Assembly: GCA_032718475.1 (NCBI GenBank)
Contig: JAUCBJ010006301.1
Span: forward strand, 1 to 32,764
Length of the DNA: 32,764 bases
Direction of reading: 5' to 3'
Origin: Nemertoderma westbladi
Lineage: Eukaryota > Animalia > Xenacoelomorpha
Shown here: positions 10,514-22,777 of the stretch, one piece after another
Layout of the letters: the number at the start of each line of letters is the position of its first letter
How positions within the stretch are numbered: position 1 is the first letter of the stretch
The notes under the pieces: generated by a model
Database searches by the model: none
What the model was told of the DNA's origin: nothing
The model's input: only the letters and a program-made list of their open reading frames with translations
Position numbers and translations under genes: made by a program

Positions 10514-11652
10514 ATGTCTTTGTTTAAATGCCGAGAGTATTGGAGTTCGAGTTCGTTGATGGGAAATGAGTTGGATTTCCGTTGCATTTGTCTCTGCAAC
10601 CTCGACAACGACGCGGACGGATGTGACAAAATTATTATCGGAACTTACGAGGGCTGGTTGCGAATCTTCAACCCGAAACCGGACGTGGGAGCGACGGGGG
10701 ATGCGTTCGGGTCGACGTCGGACGCTTGGTTGCAGACCGACCTGGGCGCCCCGGTGGTGCAGGTCGAGAGCGGTCGGTTCCTCGGCACCGAGACCCAACA
10801 GATCGCGGTCCTCCATCCTCGAAAACTCATCATCTTCACGGTCAACTGCTTGGCGGGACATTCTGAGGCGATGAACCAATACCAACTCTCCGCTTTGTAT
10901 GAATTTAAACTGGAGCGCTGCTCGGCTTCCATGGTGGTGGGCGGTTTCGGTACCGGTAGTGGTTCCGGGGTTCCCGCTCCCACTCGCGATTACATCTGCG
11001 TTCAGTCGATGGACGGCGTACTGAGTTTCTTCGAGAATGACACACTCGCTTTCTCTCGCTTCCTTCCCGGGTTCCTGCTTCCGGGCCCGTTGGTTTACGT
11101 CACCGGGGCCGACATGCTGGTCACCGTGAGCTCAGGTCGCTGTCTCGAGAGCTACCGCTACCAAACCCTCGCAGTGGCCCAAGAAGGGGACGGCAAGGGG
11201 GGTAAAGTGTCCGGGGGGAAACGCGTCGTCTCGGAATGGTCCGTGGTGCTGGGTGAGGAGGCGATAGATCTTCGAGTTACTTACTATCCCACAGCCCCGG
11301 TGTCGTTGTTGGTACTCGGGGAACGTTCCTTGTTCTGCTTTGGAACGGATGGGAACATAAGGTTTATGAAGAAACTCGACTTCCATCCTACCTGTTTCCA
11401 TCCCTACGCCTCGCTTACGGAAGGGACTATAAACTCAGTGGTGGCTACCCATTCAGCCACCCTAATGGTGTACGAGAACACGATATTGCGATGGAGTTCC
11501 CAGCTGGTCGGTATGGCTGTGGGCTGCGTTGTGGGAACGTTCATTGGGCTGAAGGGAGGCATACTGGTGGTACACGAGTCCGGAAGGTTGGAGGTTCTCT
11601 ATATGGGGACGGATCCCTCGTTGACTACAATACCTCGATACGAGACAGCTAG
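10514..11652 (+). CDS. BBS9: Bardet-Biedl syndrome 9 / PTHB1 (BBSome core), exon 1, N-terminal beta-propeller
   Basis: MSLFKCREYW start, ICVQSMDGVLSFFE, FLPGFLLPGPL.Y, RFMKKLDFHP, YMGTDPSL match PTHB1_N; donor AG|GTAATA at 11653, phase 2. Confidence 0.93.
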
Positions 11653-11811
11653 GTAATAATAATCAACCAGTCAGTATGGGAGATTGTTGTAGGTCTATAA
11701 ATATTATATAGTGTATGAAAGGAGAGAGATATGTCTAAGGGGTAGTTAGCCAGTTTACTAGCGATTTGTCGAAGGGGAATTGTTTATCCTAAATGGAATT
11801 TTGTCTACATC

Positions 11812-11926
11812 GAGATTTGTCTAAGATGAGAGATTTGTGTAAGAGGAGATTTATGTGTCTAAGATGAGATTTGACTAAGATGAGAGATTTGTGTAAAAGG
11901 AGATTTATGTGTCTAAGATGAGATTT
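11812..11926. repeat. 54-bp direct duplication within degenerate gagatttgtctaag-type repeats in the BBS9 intron
   Basis: gagatttg(t/a)ctaagatgagagatttgtgtaa(g/a)aggagatttatgtgtctaagat at 11812 and 11866; related short units from about 11730 to 12130. Confidence 0.75.
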
Positions 11927-13234
11927 ATCGTAGGGGAAATTTGTCTATAAAGGTGACATTTTTCGCGAAGGGGTTATTTCTTTGTCAAAGACAAGAGTTA
12001 TCTAGGGACTAATTTCTAAGGTTATTGTCTCTGGTGAAGCCAATAATAATTACCGTGAATTTATCTCACTTGCAGTCAATGTGCACCACTATCTGCTCAG
12101 AGGATATTTCTCTAAGGGGAGATTTATCTGAGATGCTATTTGGCTACGCTACATTGTTATTGTTATATCCACCAAAATTATAATTTAGGGAAAAAATTAT
12201 CCCATTGGATTGCATTGATTTTACTATGTCCCGGCGAAAAGGTAATTAGAAAATGTGAAAATATTTGTTGTAATTTCTTAAATATCATTAGATGCGTTGA
12301 ATGGGGATCGAAGTAGAAAAGATTTGTAGATAATTTGAGAAAAATCCATGCACACACTCAAAAGTTATTGCATCTTTAGTGTCTGTACGACCTACTCATA
12401 AACGGAACTTGTTGAAATATTTTCATGAAATATTTCATGGATTTAACAGACAGAGGAGCCCTGTTTAGGCATAATCCCAATGTAACTACCGTTGCCTGTA
12501 ATCTATAATGATGTGGTAGAGTCAGACTATAAACTGACTGGCGGCTGGCCATCAAACTGAAAGTTTTTAGATTGGGTAATCTACTTGCCAGGTTGAACGA
12601 GGAGACTATTTTGTTATGTCACTTTTTTTCACTCTCACGAAATTTTGGACCCCCCTCACTTGTGTTATTGAAATTGATAAATTTATTTCCATTGTATGGT
12701 AAAATTTGTGAATGATTAAAAAACAAACATGAACATTTGTTACTTTAAAAAAGCTAATTAAAAGCGATTTAGTGACATAAAAATGAAGAGTTCGTTTACA
12801 AAGTATTTACAAAGGTGTAGATTCTGGACGTGGGTCGGGGCGTTGTAAGCTCATAAGAAACATAGCTACTCTCAAGTTGCTTCGGCAGGGTGGAATTTTA
12901 CTACATGAGTTGTAATGCTCATGGCTAATTGCCGGATTACCGCATAACCAGCAAATACAACCGTCTGTTGGACGCCAGCATCGGGGGTCGCTGCAGAGTT
13001 GTTGGTGCCATCTGTTCGACACTAGCTGTGCTCCGGCCCGGCGGCGTTTACCAGTAAGACATTGTAGGTCAACAGGGCAACTATTTGGATCATCTACTGC
13101 AAGCAGGATGGCTGTTGACGAGGAATATCGGCTGATGCCACACCATAACTTCCAGTAGAAAGCGTTAAGCGTATAGGTTAAGTAATATAATGATGGCCCA
13201 TTAATTATAATGATTAATTAAAATCATTTTGCAG

Positions 13235-14873
13235 GGATATGAATATCGCAGAATTCGATAAATCCATGGCGAAAGTGAAGGCGGAGATTCACGATTGTAA
13301 TACAGACCTCCTACCCAAGTCAATGGAGTCGGAACATCTGGCCCTGGAGGTGGATGTCCCAACGACACGGGACAAGGTGTCCCAGGCGGGGGACGACTCC
13401 GAGATCCGGGAATCCGATCCGATTCCCTCCGTGACGGCCACCGTCCGGCTGCGGTCCCGTTCCGGACAGACAGGCGAGGTCACGCTCACCGTCGACTGCT
13501 CGCCGCCGCTCGTCGCTGGTAAGTCGGTCTTCCGCATTTCCTCGACCGGGAGTTTCGATAAACCCACCGAGATCCCCGTATCCTTCTACATGAAGTACAA
13601 CTACTCCGCTAGCGATCTCTCCGTCGGGTTGATGGCCACTTACACTGTTGGCTCCCTCGTCCAGGTAACCAAGTCCAGCTTCCAGTTGCCCCTCCTCCTA
13701 GTCTGTCGTCCAACCCTCCCCCTAAAGTCCGACCTCCATAAGCTCACCGTAGATAGCGACCGCGAGCTCGTCAAACTCCACGAAATATTCCCCGAGTTCG
13801 CGGGCTCCCCGCCAGAGGCGTGCGCCCAGGCTATGGGCTTCCAGCTGATCGGGAGTCCCGCTAAGATAACCCTACTGGCCTCCAACAAGTCCAACCGATA
13901 CCGACTGCAGAGCGGACACTTCGAGGCCATGTGGTTGATCCTTCGGGAGCTAATCGAGCGTCTCGGGGCCAGGAAGAAACCCCCGAGTCTGACGTACAAG
14001 GAGACCCTCCCGTTACAGGAGGTCAGTCTACTGGTGGAGCAGCATCTGAGTCTACGTCACAACGTTCTAGAACTAGCGGAGATACTCGGCCAACGAGCCA
14101 CTCAGTATCGAGTCATACAGAAACGATTGTTGACGAAGTTTAAGGATAAAACGCCGACACCGTTGCAGAATCTCGATGTTTTGTTGGAAGGGACTTATAA
14201 AAGCATTCTGAAGGCGGCTGACGCGGTCAACTCTAACCGAGTGAGTCTCATACAAGCCGGAGCGCATCTCAGCTGTGCCGTCAACCTGTTGGTCACCCTG
14301 TTAGGTCTAACAGCGGGACTCACGGCCGAGGAGTTGGCGGTTCTCCGGGTCTGTCTCCCTACTAACATCCTCGATTACGATCAGTACGGTTGGGAGGAGG
14401 TGGCCACTTCCGCGATCACCCTCCTTCTCTCCACGTCTCTCTCCAAGTCGGCCAGCGATTCGGCCGCCGTTATTCCGCCTCTCGAGCTCCCGAAGGACGC
14501 GGATAAGCTATGCAAGCTCCTCGTGGTGCTGTGCGACCGCGTCGCTAAGGGAGGGAGGCCGCGAATGGAAGGCGTCGTCGTCGCTAATAGAACCCCCGCG
14601 GCTGATCCGACCGCGGTCGACCCGATCGATGCGGTTGTGGCGAGCGAACCGCCCCGGTTGCCGGACTACACGGTGAGCGGCGTGGGAGAGCGGGATTCCT
14701 CGCGGTTCGTGAAGAAACCTCCGAGCGTCGAGGCGGTCCGCGACGGGGGTCTGGGCGCCGTCAGCAAGTCGCGCGAACAACTGGATGGGATTCCCGATCT
14801 AGACGATATGGAAGCCCTGATCGGGGAGAAAGAGGATTACCGGTCCATGTCGCCCACCGGGTTGGACGTGTGA
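13235..14873 (+). CDS. BBS9: BBS9 / PTHB1 exon 2 (GAE, platform and helical domains)
   Basis: Acceptor ttttgcag ends at 13234; splice gives ETAR|DMNIAEFD in frame (1139+1639 nt = 925 aa + stop). Motifs LLASNKSNRYRLQS, QYRVIQKRLLTKFKDKTPTPLQNLDVLLEGTY, GWEE. Confidence 0.93.
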
Positions 14874-15242
14874 TCGTTACCGGTCGTTGTCACCCACCGG
14901 GTTGGACGTGTGATCGTTACCGGTCCATGTCGCCCACCGGGTTGGACGTGTGATCGTTTCCGGTCCATGTCGCCCACCGGGTTGGACGTGTGATCGTTAC
15001 CGGTCCATGTCGCCCACCGGGTTGGACGTGTGATCGTTACCGGTCCATGTCGCCCACCGGGTTGGACGTGTGATCGTTACCGGTCCATGTCGCCCACCGG
15101 GTTGGACGTGTGATCGTTACCGGTCCATGTCGCCCACCGGGTTGGACGTGTGATCGTTACCGGTCCATGTCGCCCACCGGGTTGGACGTGTGATCGTTAC
15201 CGGTCCATGTCGCCAACCGGGTTGGACGTGTGATTACTTACC
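14837..15242. repeat. 40-bp tandem array, 10 copies, first copy contains the BBS9 C-terminal codons and TGA
   Basis: Unit cggtccatgtcgcccaccgggttggacgtgtgatcgttac at 14841, 14881 ... 15201; TGA stop at 14871-14873; AATAAA downstream at 15325. Confidence 0.98.
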
Positions 15243-15967
15243 ACTAGAAGTGTGTCTCCTTGATTGATTAATTAGCCCCGATATATATTATAAAATGTAC
15301 CTTCATTCACATATTTTAAACGTAAATAAACACAGTTTTTCAGGATGCCGTATAGATTTGTGGTAGGGGGGTAATACGAAGGGATTTCCAATTAGAGTTG
15401 TAATGTTATTCGTTTCCGAAATTATTGGAAAGAAGCACTTTTGTGCCATTATTTTATTTGCATATTTTTGATGTTACATATTTATGTGAGAGAAAGTACA
15501 TTTTTTTTATATATAATTCATTATTTCAGATGAAAACATCCGCGGTAACGTCACAAAGTATCTACAAATTATATTTAGTGTAGAAAGTAAAACATGACAG
15601 ATCCAGGTTTAGTTAAACAATGTTTACGTTATTACGCCAGTAGGCTTTCGTGCAGTTTAATTTATTTTGATTAACGTGACAAGTAAATAAACACAACTAG
15701 TTTTATTGTGATTTACCTGATGTATTCGAACTGCATTTATCTTATTATATTAAATTCTTATTTATATTATATTTTGTTTTATTTGTTAAATTGTCTTTCT
15801 ACTTTCTAGCCTCATCTAAGGTTAAGTTTCAGGATGTAAGATATAAATAACTCTTTGTTCCGGTGAGAGAAAACTACCTTGGAATATATATTTACCTTTC
15901 TCCAGAAAAAAGTATCGGAATGTTACAGGGTATATCTGCTATACGATTGCGGATACCAACATTTATA

Positions 15968-17813
15968 CTGCATAGTTCTACTGCTAGCAATTACCCTATC
16001 CATAGCAGTGCTGCATAGTGGTACTGCTAGCAGTTAGCCTATCCATAGCAGTGCTGCATAGTCGTACTGCTAGCAATTAGCCTATCCGTAGCAATGCAGC
16101 ATAGTCGTACTGCTAGCAGCTATCCTATCCATAGCAGTGCTGCATAGTGGTACTGCTAGCAGTTAGCCTATTCATAGGAGTGCTGCATAGTCGTACTGCT
16201 AGCAATTAGCCTATCCGTAGCAGTGCAGCATAGTCGTACTGCTAGCAGCTAGCCTATCCATAGCAGTGCTGCATAGTGGTACTGCTAGCAGTTAGCCTAT
16301 TCATAGGAGTGCTGCATAGTCGTACTGCTAGCAATTATCCTATCCGTAGCAGTGCAGCATAGTCGTACTGCTAGCAGCTAGCCTATCCATAGCAGTGCTG
16401 CATAGTCGTACTGTTAGCAGTTAGCCTATCCGTAGCATTGCTACATAGTCGTACTGCTAGCAGTTAGACTATCCATAGCAGTGCTGCATGGTCGTACTAC
16501 TAGCAGTTAGCCTATCCGTAGCATTGCTACATAGTCGTACTACTAGCAGTTAGCCTATCCGTAGCATTGCTACATAGTCGTACTGCTAGCAGTTACCAAT
16601 CCATAGCAGTGCTGCATAGTCGTACTGCTAGCAGCTAGCCTATCCATAGCAGTGCTGCATAGTCGTACTGTTAGCAGTTAGCCTATCCGTAGCATTGCTA
16701 CATAGTCGTACTGCTAGCAGTTAGACTATCCATAGCAGTGCTGCATGGTCGTACTACTAGCAGTTAGCCTATCCGTAGCAGTGCTACATAGTCGTACGGC
16801 TAGCAACTAGCCTATCCATAGCAGTGCTGCATAGTCGTACTGCTAGCAGTTAGACTATCCATAGCAGTGCTACATAGTCGCACTGCTAGCAGTTAGACTA
16901 TCCATAGCAGTGCTACATAGTCGTACTGCTAGGAATTAGCCTATCCGTAGCAGTGCTGCATAGTGGTACTGCTAGCAGTTAGACTATCCATAGATAGTCG
17001 TGCTGCTAGTAGTTACCCTATCCATAGCAGTGCTGCATAGCCGTACTGCTAGCTGTTAGACTACCCGTAGCAGTGCTACATAGTCGTACTGCTAGCAGTT
17101 ACCCTATCCATAGCAGTGCTGCATAGCCGTACTGGTAGCAGTTAGACTATCCATAGCAGTGCTGCATAGTCGTACTGCTAGCAGTTAGACTATCCATAGC
17201 AGTGCTGCATAGTCGTACTGCTAGCAGTTAGACTATCCATAGCAGTGCTGCATAGTCGTACTGCTAGCAGTTAGACTATCCGTAGCAGTGCAGCATAGTC
17301 GTACTGCTAGCAGTTAGACTATCCATAGCAGTGCTGTATAGTCGTATTGCTAGCAGTTAGACAATCCGTAGCAGTGCAGCATAGTCGTACTGCTAGCAGT
17401 TAGACTATGCATAGCAGTGCTGCATAGTCGTACTGCATAGTCGTACTGCTAGCAGTTAGACTATCCGTAGCAGTGCAGCATAGTCGTACTGCTAGCAGTT
17501 AGACTATCCATAGCAGTGCTGCATAGTCGTACTGCTAGCAGTTAGACTCTCCGTAGCAGTGCTGTATAGTCGTATTGCTAGCAGTTAGACTATCCGTAGC
17601 AGTTCAGCATAGTCGTACTGCTAGCAGTTAGACTATCCATAGCAGTGCTGCATAGTCGTACTGCATAGTTGTACTGCTAGCAGTTAGACTATCCATAGCA
17701 ATGCTGCATAGTCGTACTGCTAGCAGTTAGACTATCCATAGCAGTGCTGCATAGTCGTACTGCTAGCAGTTAAACTATCCATAGCAATGCTGCATAGTCG
17801 TACTGCTAGCAGT
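15968..17813. repeat. 43-bp satellite/minisatellite, about 43 copies, with higher-order structure
   Basis: Consensus gcatagtcgtactgctagcagttag(a/c)ctatcc(a/g)tagcagtgct; period 43 checked at 17161/17204; variant gtggt recurs at 16018, 16147, 16276. Confidence 0.97.
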
Positions 17814-18211
17814 ATGGTTTAGTATTTGCGAGAAGAGCAAGGCAGCTATAGGAATAACATTACGGGTTGTAAAGAAATGAATCATAAGGAAAATGTTTTT
17901 TACCATAAAAAGAAAATAGGGCTAAATCTAATTAATTATTTAGTTTTGATATATTTAATTTTACCTGACTTTATTTTTTTTTGACTAATTTCTGTTCCAC
18001 GAGCGATTATTTTTCAACTTATATTTTGTTTTGTTGTATATATATGATTTAAAAATATATTTTGTTTTTGATTTCAGTCAGTTTTACAATATTGTTGTTA
18101 TTTATATTTGACATTAGTTATATTGGTTACTTAACTACTGTTTGCATGTTTATTATTGTATGTAGTATATAATAAAATGATTTTATATTTATAGACGTGG
18201 CAAGAGACAGG

Positions 18212-18399
18212 GGGGAAATTGGACGCAAATCCCATCTTGGCGAATTAATATCCCGCCTCAATGTTAAATAATCAATTTAGGGAAAGCAGCAGGTTACAGT
18301 AGCACGTTATTTTAACCAAAACAATAAACTAAACACAATAGAACAGGTTACAGTTTTATTTTTGAGAGTAATCAGCTGTTATTTGCGTCGAATTTCCCC
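18212..18399. mobile_element. Small MITE-like element bounded by 19-bp inverted repeats
   Basis: ggggaaattggacgcaaat (18212-18230) and atttgcgtcgaatttcccc (18381-18399), 1 mismatch; no clear TSD. Confidence 0.5.
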
Positions 18400-19377
18400 T
18401 GGAGAAGGATAGATTTTTATTGCGTCCAGCCCCCCCCCCCCCCCCCCCCCCCCCATATCTGCGTAGCAGACAGCTACCGTGTTTGCTTTATTTTTCTACA
18501 TTTTGGTTTTCGTGAGTTGTAGTTTTCATATCACGACATATATCATTTTACCGGTGTAAGCCTAGCTTAAATTGGCATTTATTGGTTTTAAATATGGAAT
18601 ATTTCACTCCACCTGTATTAATTGGGTGCAGCAAAGGTTAAACTACGTTCTACTTTATTTCTTATTCTAAATTTAATTGTTAAATAACATGTGCTAAATT
18701 TATTAGCAATTTAATTATATATTTATCATCTTTTGTATTATTTTTAAGACATAAATACAAATTACGTACAGAAAAAAAAAAAATTTTTGTAACATGTGGC
18801 GTATTTATATTCACGAGAATTGCATTTCTGACTATCTTTACAGCTCTAGGAATTGATGCCATTTTCTTTCAGTCCCTTTCAGACTATCAAATTATAAATT
18901 TGGCAACATTCTGCAGGCGGTATCATTAAATAAATGGTTGTGGAGGATGAGGATCTAGGACGGTTACAGGCCTATGTAAAGCTATATTATTACTGTATCC
19001 CTAAAACATAAACCACCACTGGGTCAAAATTTCAGAATTTTGTTATAGAGCAGGAATTAATAAGGATTTCAAATCAGAAAACGGATCAGCGAGATCTCTG
19101 GTAGGTTTCGAGTTATCTGTCTTTTTGTCATATAAGCTGTCTGTCAAAATGTGGGGCAGGCAGTCAGACATTCCTACCAACAGACTAGATTCCACGAAAT
19201 TGTAATACAATTCAAATTACTACACCTCTGCCATTCTTAACACCAATTTTCGAAATATTTTCCATGATTTGTTCTCGCCTTTTGATCATAAGTTATCGGT
19301 TAAATTTTAATTTTTTCTATTTTTCATTTTTAAATTAATAATGATTATTATTATTTTTTATTTATTTTTAATTCTAA

Positions 19378-19450
19378 GCAACAGCTTGGTCTATGGTGAC
19401 ATTCCTGGGCTTCCAATCAGGAGGCACTGGTTCGATCCCTAGACAGGGCA
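19378..19450 (+). mobile_element. tRNA-derived (Gly/Glu-like) SINE head or tRNA pseudogene
   Basis: A-box-like TGGTCTATGG, anticodon-like loop CTTCCAA, B-box GGTTCGATCC, 3' end CAGGGCA; acceptor and T stems pair poorly. Confidence 0.55.
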
Positions 19451-19480
19451 GTGCTGTTTGGGCACAATGCTTTTTAGGCT

Positions 19481-19551
19481 TTGCGCAGCACGTGAAACCT
19501 TTGCGCAGCACGTGAGACCTTCGCGCAGCACGTGAAGGTTTCACGCAGCAC
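19481..19551. repeat. 20-bp tandem repeat (about 3.5 copies) containing CACGTG
   Basis: ttgcgcagcacgtgaaacct and variants at 19481, 19501, 19521, 19541. Confidence 0.85.
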
Positions 19552-19711
19552 TTAAAGTTACACTTCACGTTATTAATCGAGCAGCTCGGAAAGCCTTTTG
19601 ATCAGAATGAGAAGCCTTCACGTGGTACATTAAATGTCCATGCAGCTCATGAAGAGTTCATTTCACTCCGAGAGCTATTTATAAATGATGGTTACCATTT
19701 GTTATTACTAG

Positions 19712-20002
19712 TAGACAACTAGTCCATTAGACAACTAGTCCATTAGACAACTAGTCCATTAGACAACTAGTCCATTAGGCAACTAGTCCATTAGACAACT
19801 AGTCCATTAGACAACTAGTCCAGTAGACAACTAGTCCATTAGACAACTAGTCCATTAGACAACTAGTCCATTAGACAACTAGTCCATTAGACAACTAGTC
19901 CATTAGGCAACTAGTCCATTAGACAACTAGTCTATTAGACATATAGTCCATTAGACAACTAGTCCATTAGACAACTAGTCCATTAGACAACTAGTCCATT
20001 AG
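19712..20002. repeat. 16-bp minisatellite, about 18 copies
   Basis: Unit tagacaactagtccat (contains ACTAGT palindrome); agac at 19713, 19729 and so on. Confidence 0.97.
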
Positions 20003-21019
20003 TTCAATATGTAATACAAAACTCACAAATATCTATTGATTAAAATTTGACGGACACGTTGACAGACAGAAAGACATACAAACAGACAGATAGACAAACT
20101 GAGAGACAGACTGACATTGTGATTGGATAATTCCAAACATGAAAACAACGACATTAAGAAAAATCCCAACAGCAAATATTCCAGATTACTTATTTTATGG
20201 ACAGACAGACAGACATACTGTACAAACGGAAAACCAGCCATTACTCGAGAAGTAAAAGAGATCTCGCTAATCCGTTTTCAGATTTGAAATCCTTATTTCC
20301 GATGAGGTGAAATAAAAAAAGAAAAATTTTGAAGGGGGTTAAATGCTGCATCCTAATCCAAACCCTGGATTTCATCCTTAACTGACCGATAAATGGGAAC
20401 CAAAACAACTTGGGAAACAGAGTGGAAGGATTCACTGTGTAAGATCACCCATGGGGGTAAACAGGCATCCCTTGGCCTAACTAGCCTAAAAGATTCTCCC
20501 ACTCATAATGATTATTAATATTATTTATAATTATTTACGATAAAAAATAAACACACAAAAATTTCGCCCAAATTTGTGGCAATAGTAGTGTTTTTAGTGA
20601 AATTACCATTTTCGCAGATGTCCGCAAGAGGGCGATATGAATTGTAATTTTTTCTTATTTGAACCCCAGCTTTCGGCCATCTGTTATCCACTGGAAGTCA
20701 TAAAATATGCAAAACTACCCACAAGCGGAAATTATAGCCGTTTAAACAAGAGCACCCTGTGGGTGGTTATCCCTCATATCTGTTTGTGGGGCGAGGCACA
20801 CTGTTATGGGGCCGGTCAATAATGGGAAATAGTTGTTGTCGTTGTTACCATTTTGACATGCTATTTAACTTTATCGGATTTAAATATGTTGAGTTAAGTT
20901 TTTAGGCAACAATAAAACCAAAAGTTGTGATTTTCAGATACTCTCAGAAACCATCAATTTAACAGTCTCCCGCTAGAGGGCTATTTGTCTAATCATTATA
21001 TGTCCTCTCATTTCTTTAC

Positions 21020-21212
21020 TTTTAATTCGTTTAAGCTGAAACTTGGCAGATTTTTACTAGACCATTAACTGTGTCAATCAAAGGGGGATAATCCGTCTGC
21101 ACTTTTTCTAGTCTGGAGCAAAAAAGAGGGCGAAATGTCTGAAAATGAAAACCTTACACCGTTTCCTTGATTTTAATCCGTTTAATCTGAAACTAGGCAT
21201 ATATGTACTAGA
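21020..21212. repeat. Degenerate ~42-bp direct repeat at 151-bp spacing (core-repeat type of a non-autonomous element)
   Basis: ttttaattcgtttaagctgaaacttggcagatttttactaga (21020) and ttttaatccgtttaatctgaaactaggcatatatgtactaga (21171). Confidence 0.6.
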
Positions 21213-22777
21213 AAACTGGCTGTTTCTTTGTGGGACGGTCATTGCCGACTTTGCAAAGCTGTACCCAACAAAAAGTTATATTAAAATAATATGAGTTCGT
21301 CAGTTATAAACATCATCCATACATCATTCATCGGGCATAACCGAGCCATTTGGACCTGTATGAGTCGGCGGTAGTTGTTTTCCACGGTACCCACTGGTAT
21401 CACAGCTCAGCGGACGCGTTAAGTTTATGTCACGTGCTGCGCGAAGGCCCCACTTCGTGTTTATTGGTTTACTTGATCTCGGCGAGATGTAACTTTGATT
21501 CGTGCGCCAAAACAATGCAGATGTAATGATTTATCAGCCGAGTACCTTATTATTGCCATTATTAATTATTGTCTGAGCGGATAACTTTAAGATGAAATGA
21601 AAGTTTATTTATTTCTGATATTTGATTTATCCCGAAATTTATATTTAAAACGCAGAGCTCTCTCAGGAAAATGTTAAATTTTGACCATCAAATTATGATC
21701 TTTAAAGTTCATATTCAGCATTAAATAACGTCGCACTATTTCACTAAACACCCTTCTTCAGGGTATTCATAATTATTATAAAAGACATGAGTCCAAATTC
21801 AAATTACGGTAGCATAGGAGCAGCGGTACTCTACCATAAATTATATTAATGTTTAACGGGATCAGACTTTCCTGGATTTACGTGATCGGGTACAGTTTCA
21901 TTGGTTGAAATACAAGTATTCAGTAGATGTGGGGGTGTAAAGGTAAACCAATGAAACGGCAACTTTAATTCGCAATACTGAAATATTATATAGTAAGATA
22001 AAATTAACTGACATCAATTCAAAATATTCAATCAACTTAGGTTACTAGTGGCATTATACAACATGGTAAGAACTACGCTGCAAGTACGACTAACGCGACC
22101 TATTGACCGCTCCTTTGTCCTTTCGCTTGTACGTACATGACTTTGTCGACCAGCTGGTGGTAAGTAACGGGTCAGCCATCCCGATACGTCTACTAAAAGT
22201 CACTAAATCTTCATGATTCAGATTAATTATGGATTTACATGGCTAATTTGGAACTTTGGCTGTGTAGCGTTGTGGGGCGGTCGGCGATGCATCTTAGAAA
22301 TGTTGTGTTAACTCGATTATAGGAAAATAACTGCGTTACAGTAAATATCATACTGTTCGGTGCCTTATTCTGGGGATAAAGTGGGGGACTGACTGATGAT
22401 GGGATAATACCTCTAGAGCGGTTGATGGAACGCTGGTTCGACCCCCAGCGTCGTCATACTACTTAATGATCAATGAGATACTAAAGGTGATCTAGTGAGC
22501 ATCATTATTAGGTGTATCGCAAATTGTCTCTTCCACAAATACAACAGCTGCTTCCGAAAAAATTTACAGTGTATTTTAAAATATAAACAAAGAGTGAACC
22601 GATTTCTATAAACGTATTGCACGGATTCACAACACATATATAAAATACTTTGACATCGAAGTAGAACTTAAGTAAAAAATAAAGTACAAAAATATCGTAT
22701 TCAGTAGTAAGAGTCAATTAACTGTACCAATCGCACTTAAAAATACCAAGAAAATAAATTAGTTTTGTATATAACCG

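Larger units (their letters stand above)
19059..20297. mobile_element. Non-autonomous element or two inverted repeat copies, defined by 41-bp inverted repeats
   Basis: aataaggatttcaaatcagaaaacggatcagcgagatctct (19059-19099) versus reverse complement of 20257-20297, 2 mismatches; weaker similarity extends to tcgagt and (tgtc)n/(gaca)n tracts. Confidence 0.65.

Noticed and set aside
12807-13160. GC-richer patch in the BBS9 intron with CWLCGNP, possible gag zinc-knuckle relic or extra exon
   Set aside because: CCHC motif incomplete, no other retroelement signatures, and BBS9 splices in frame without it.
6157-17813. CRISPR interpretation of the 46-, 40- and 43-bp arrays
   Set aside because: Head-to-tail units with no unique spacers, no cas genes, and spliceosomal eukaryotic context.
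19378-19450. Functional tRNA-Gly(TCC)
   Set aside because: Acceptor and T stems pair poorly; kept only as a SINE head or pseudogene. tRNAscan-SE would decide.
22060-22170. Possible plus-strand mini-exons (GTAAGA and GTAAGT donor-like sites)
   Set aside because: No supporting ORF or acceptor chain.
22388-22510. tRNA or C/D snoRNA candidate (hairpin acgctgg-ttcgaccc-ccagcgt, TGATGA box)
   Set aside because: 8-nt loop, no cloverleaf and no properly placed CTGA D box.
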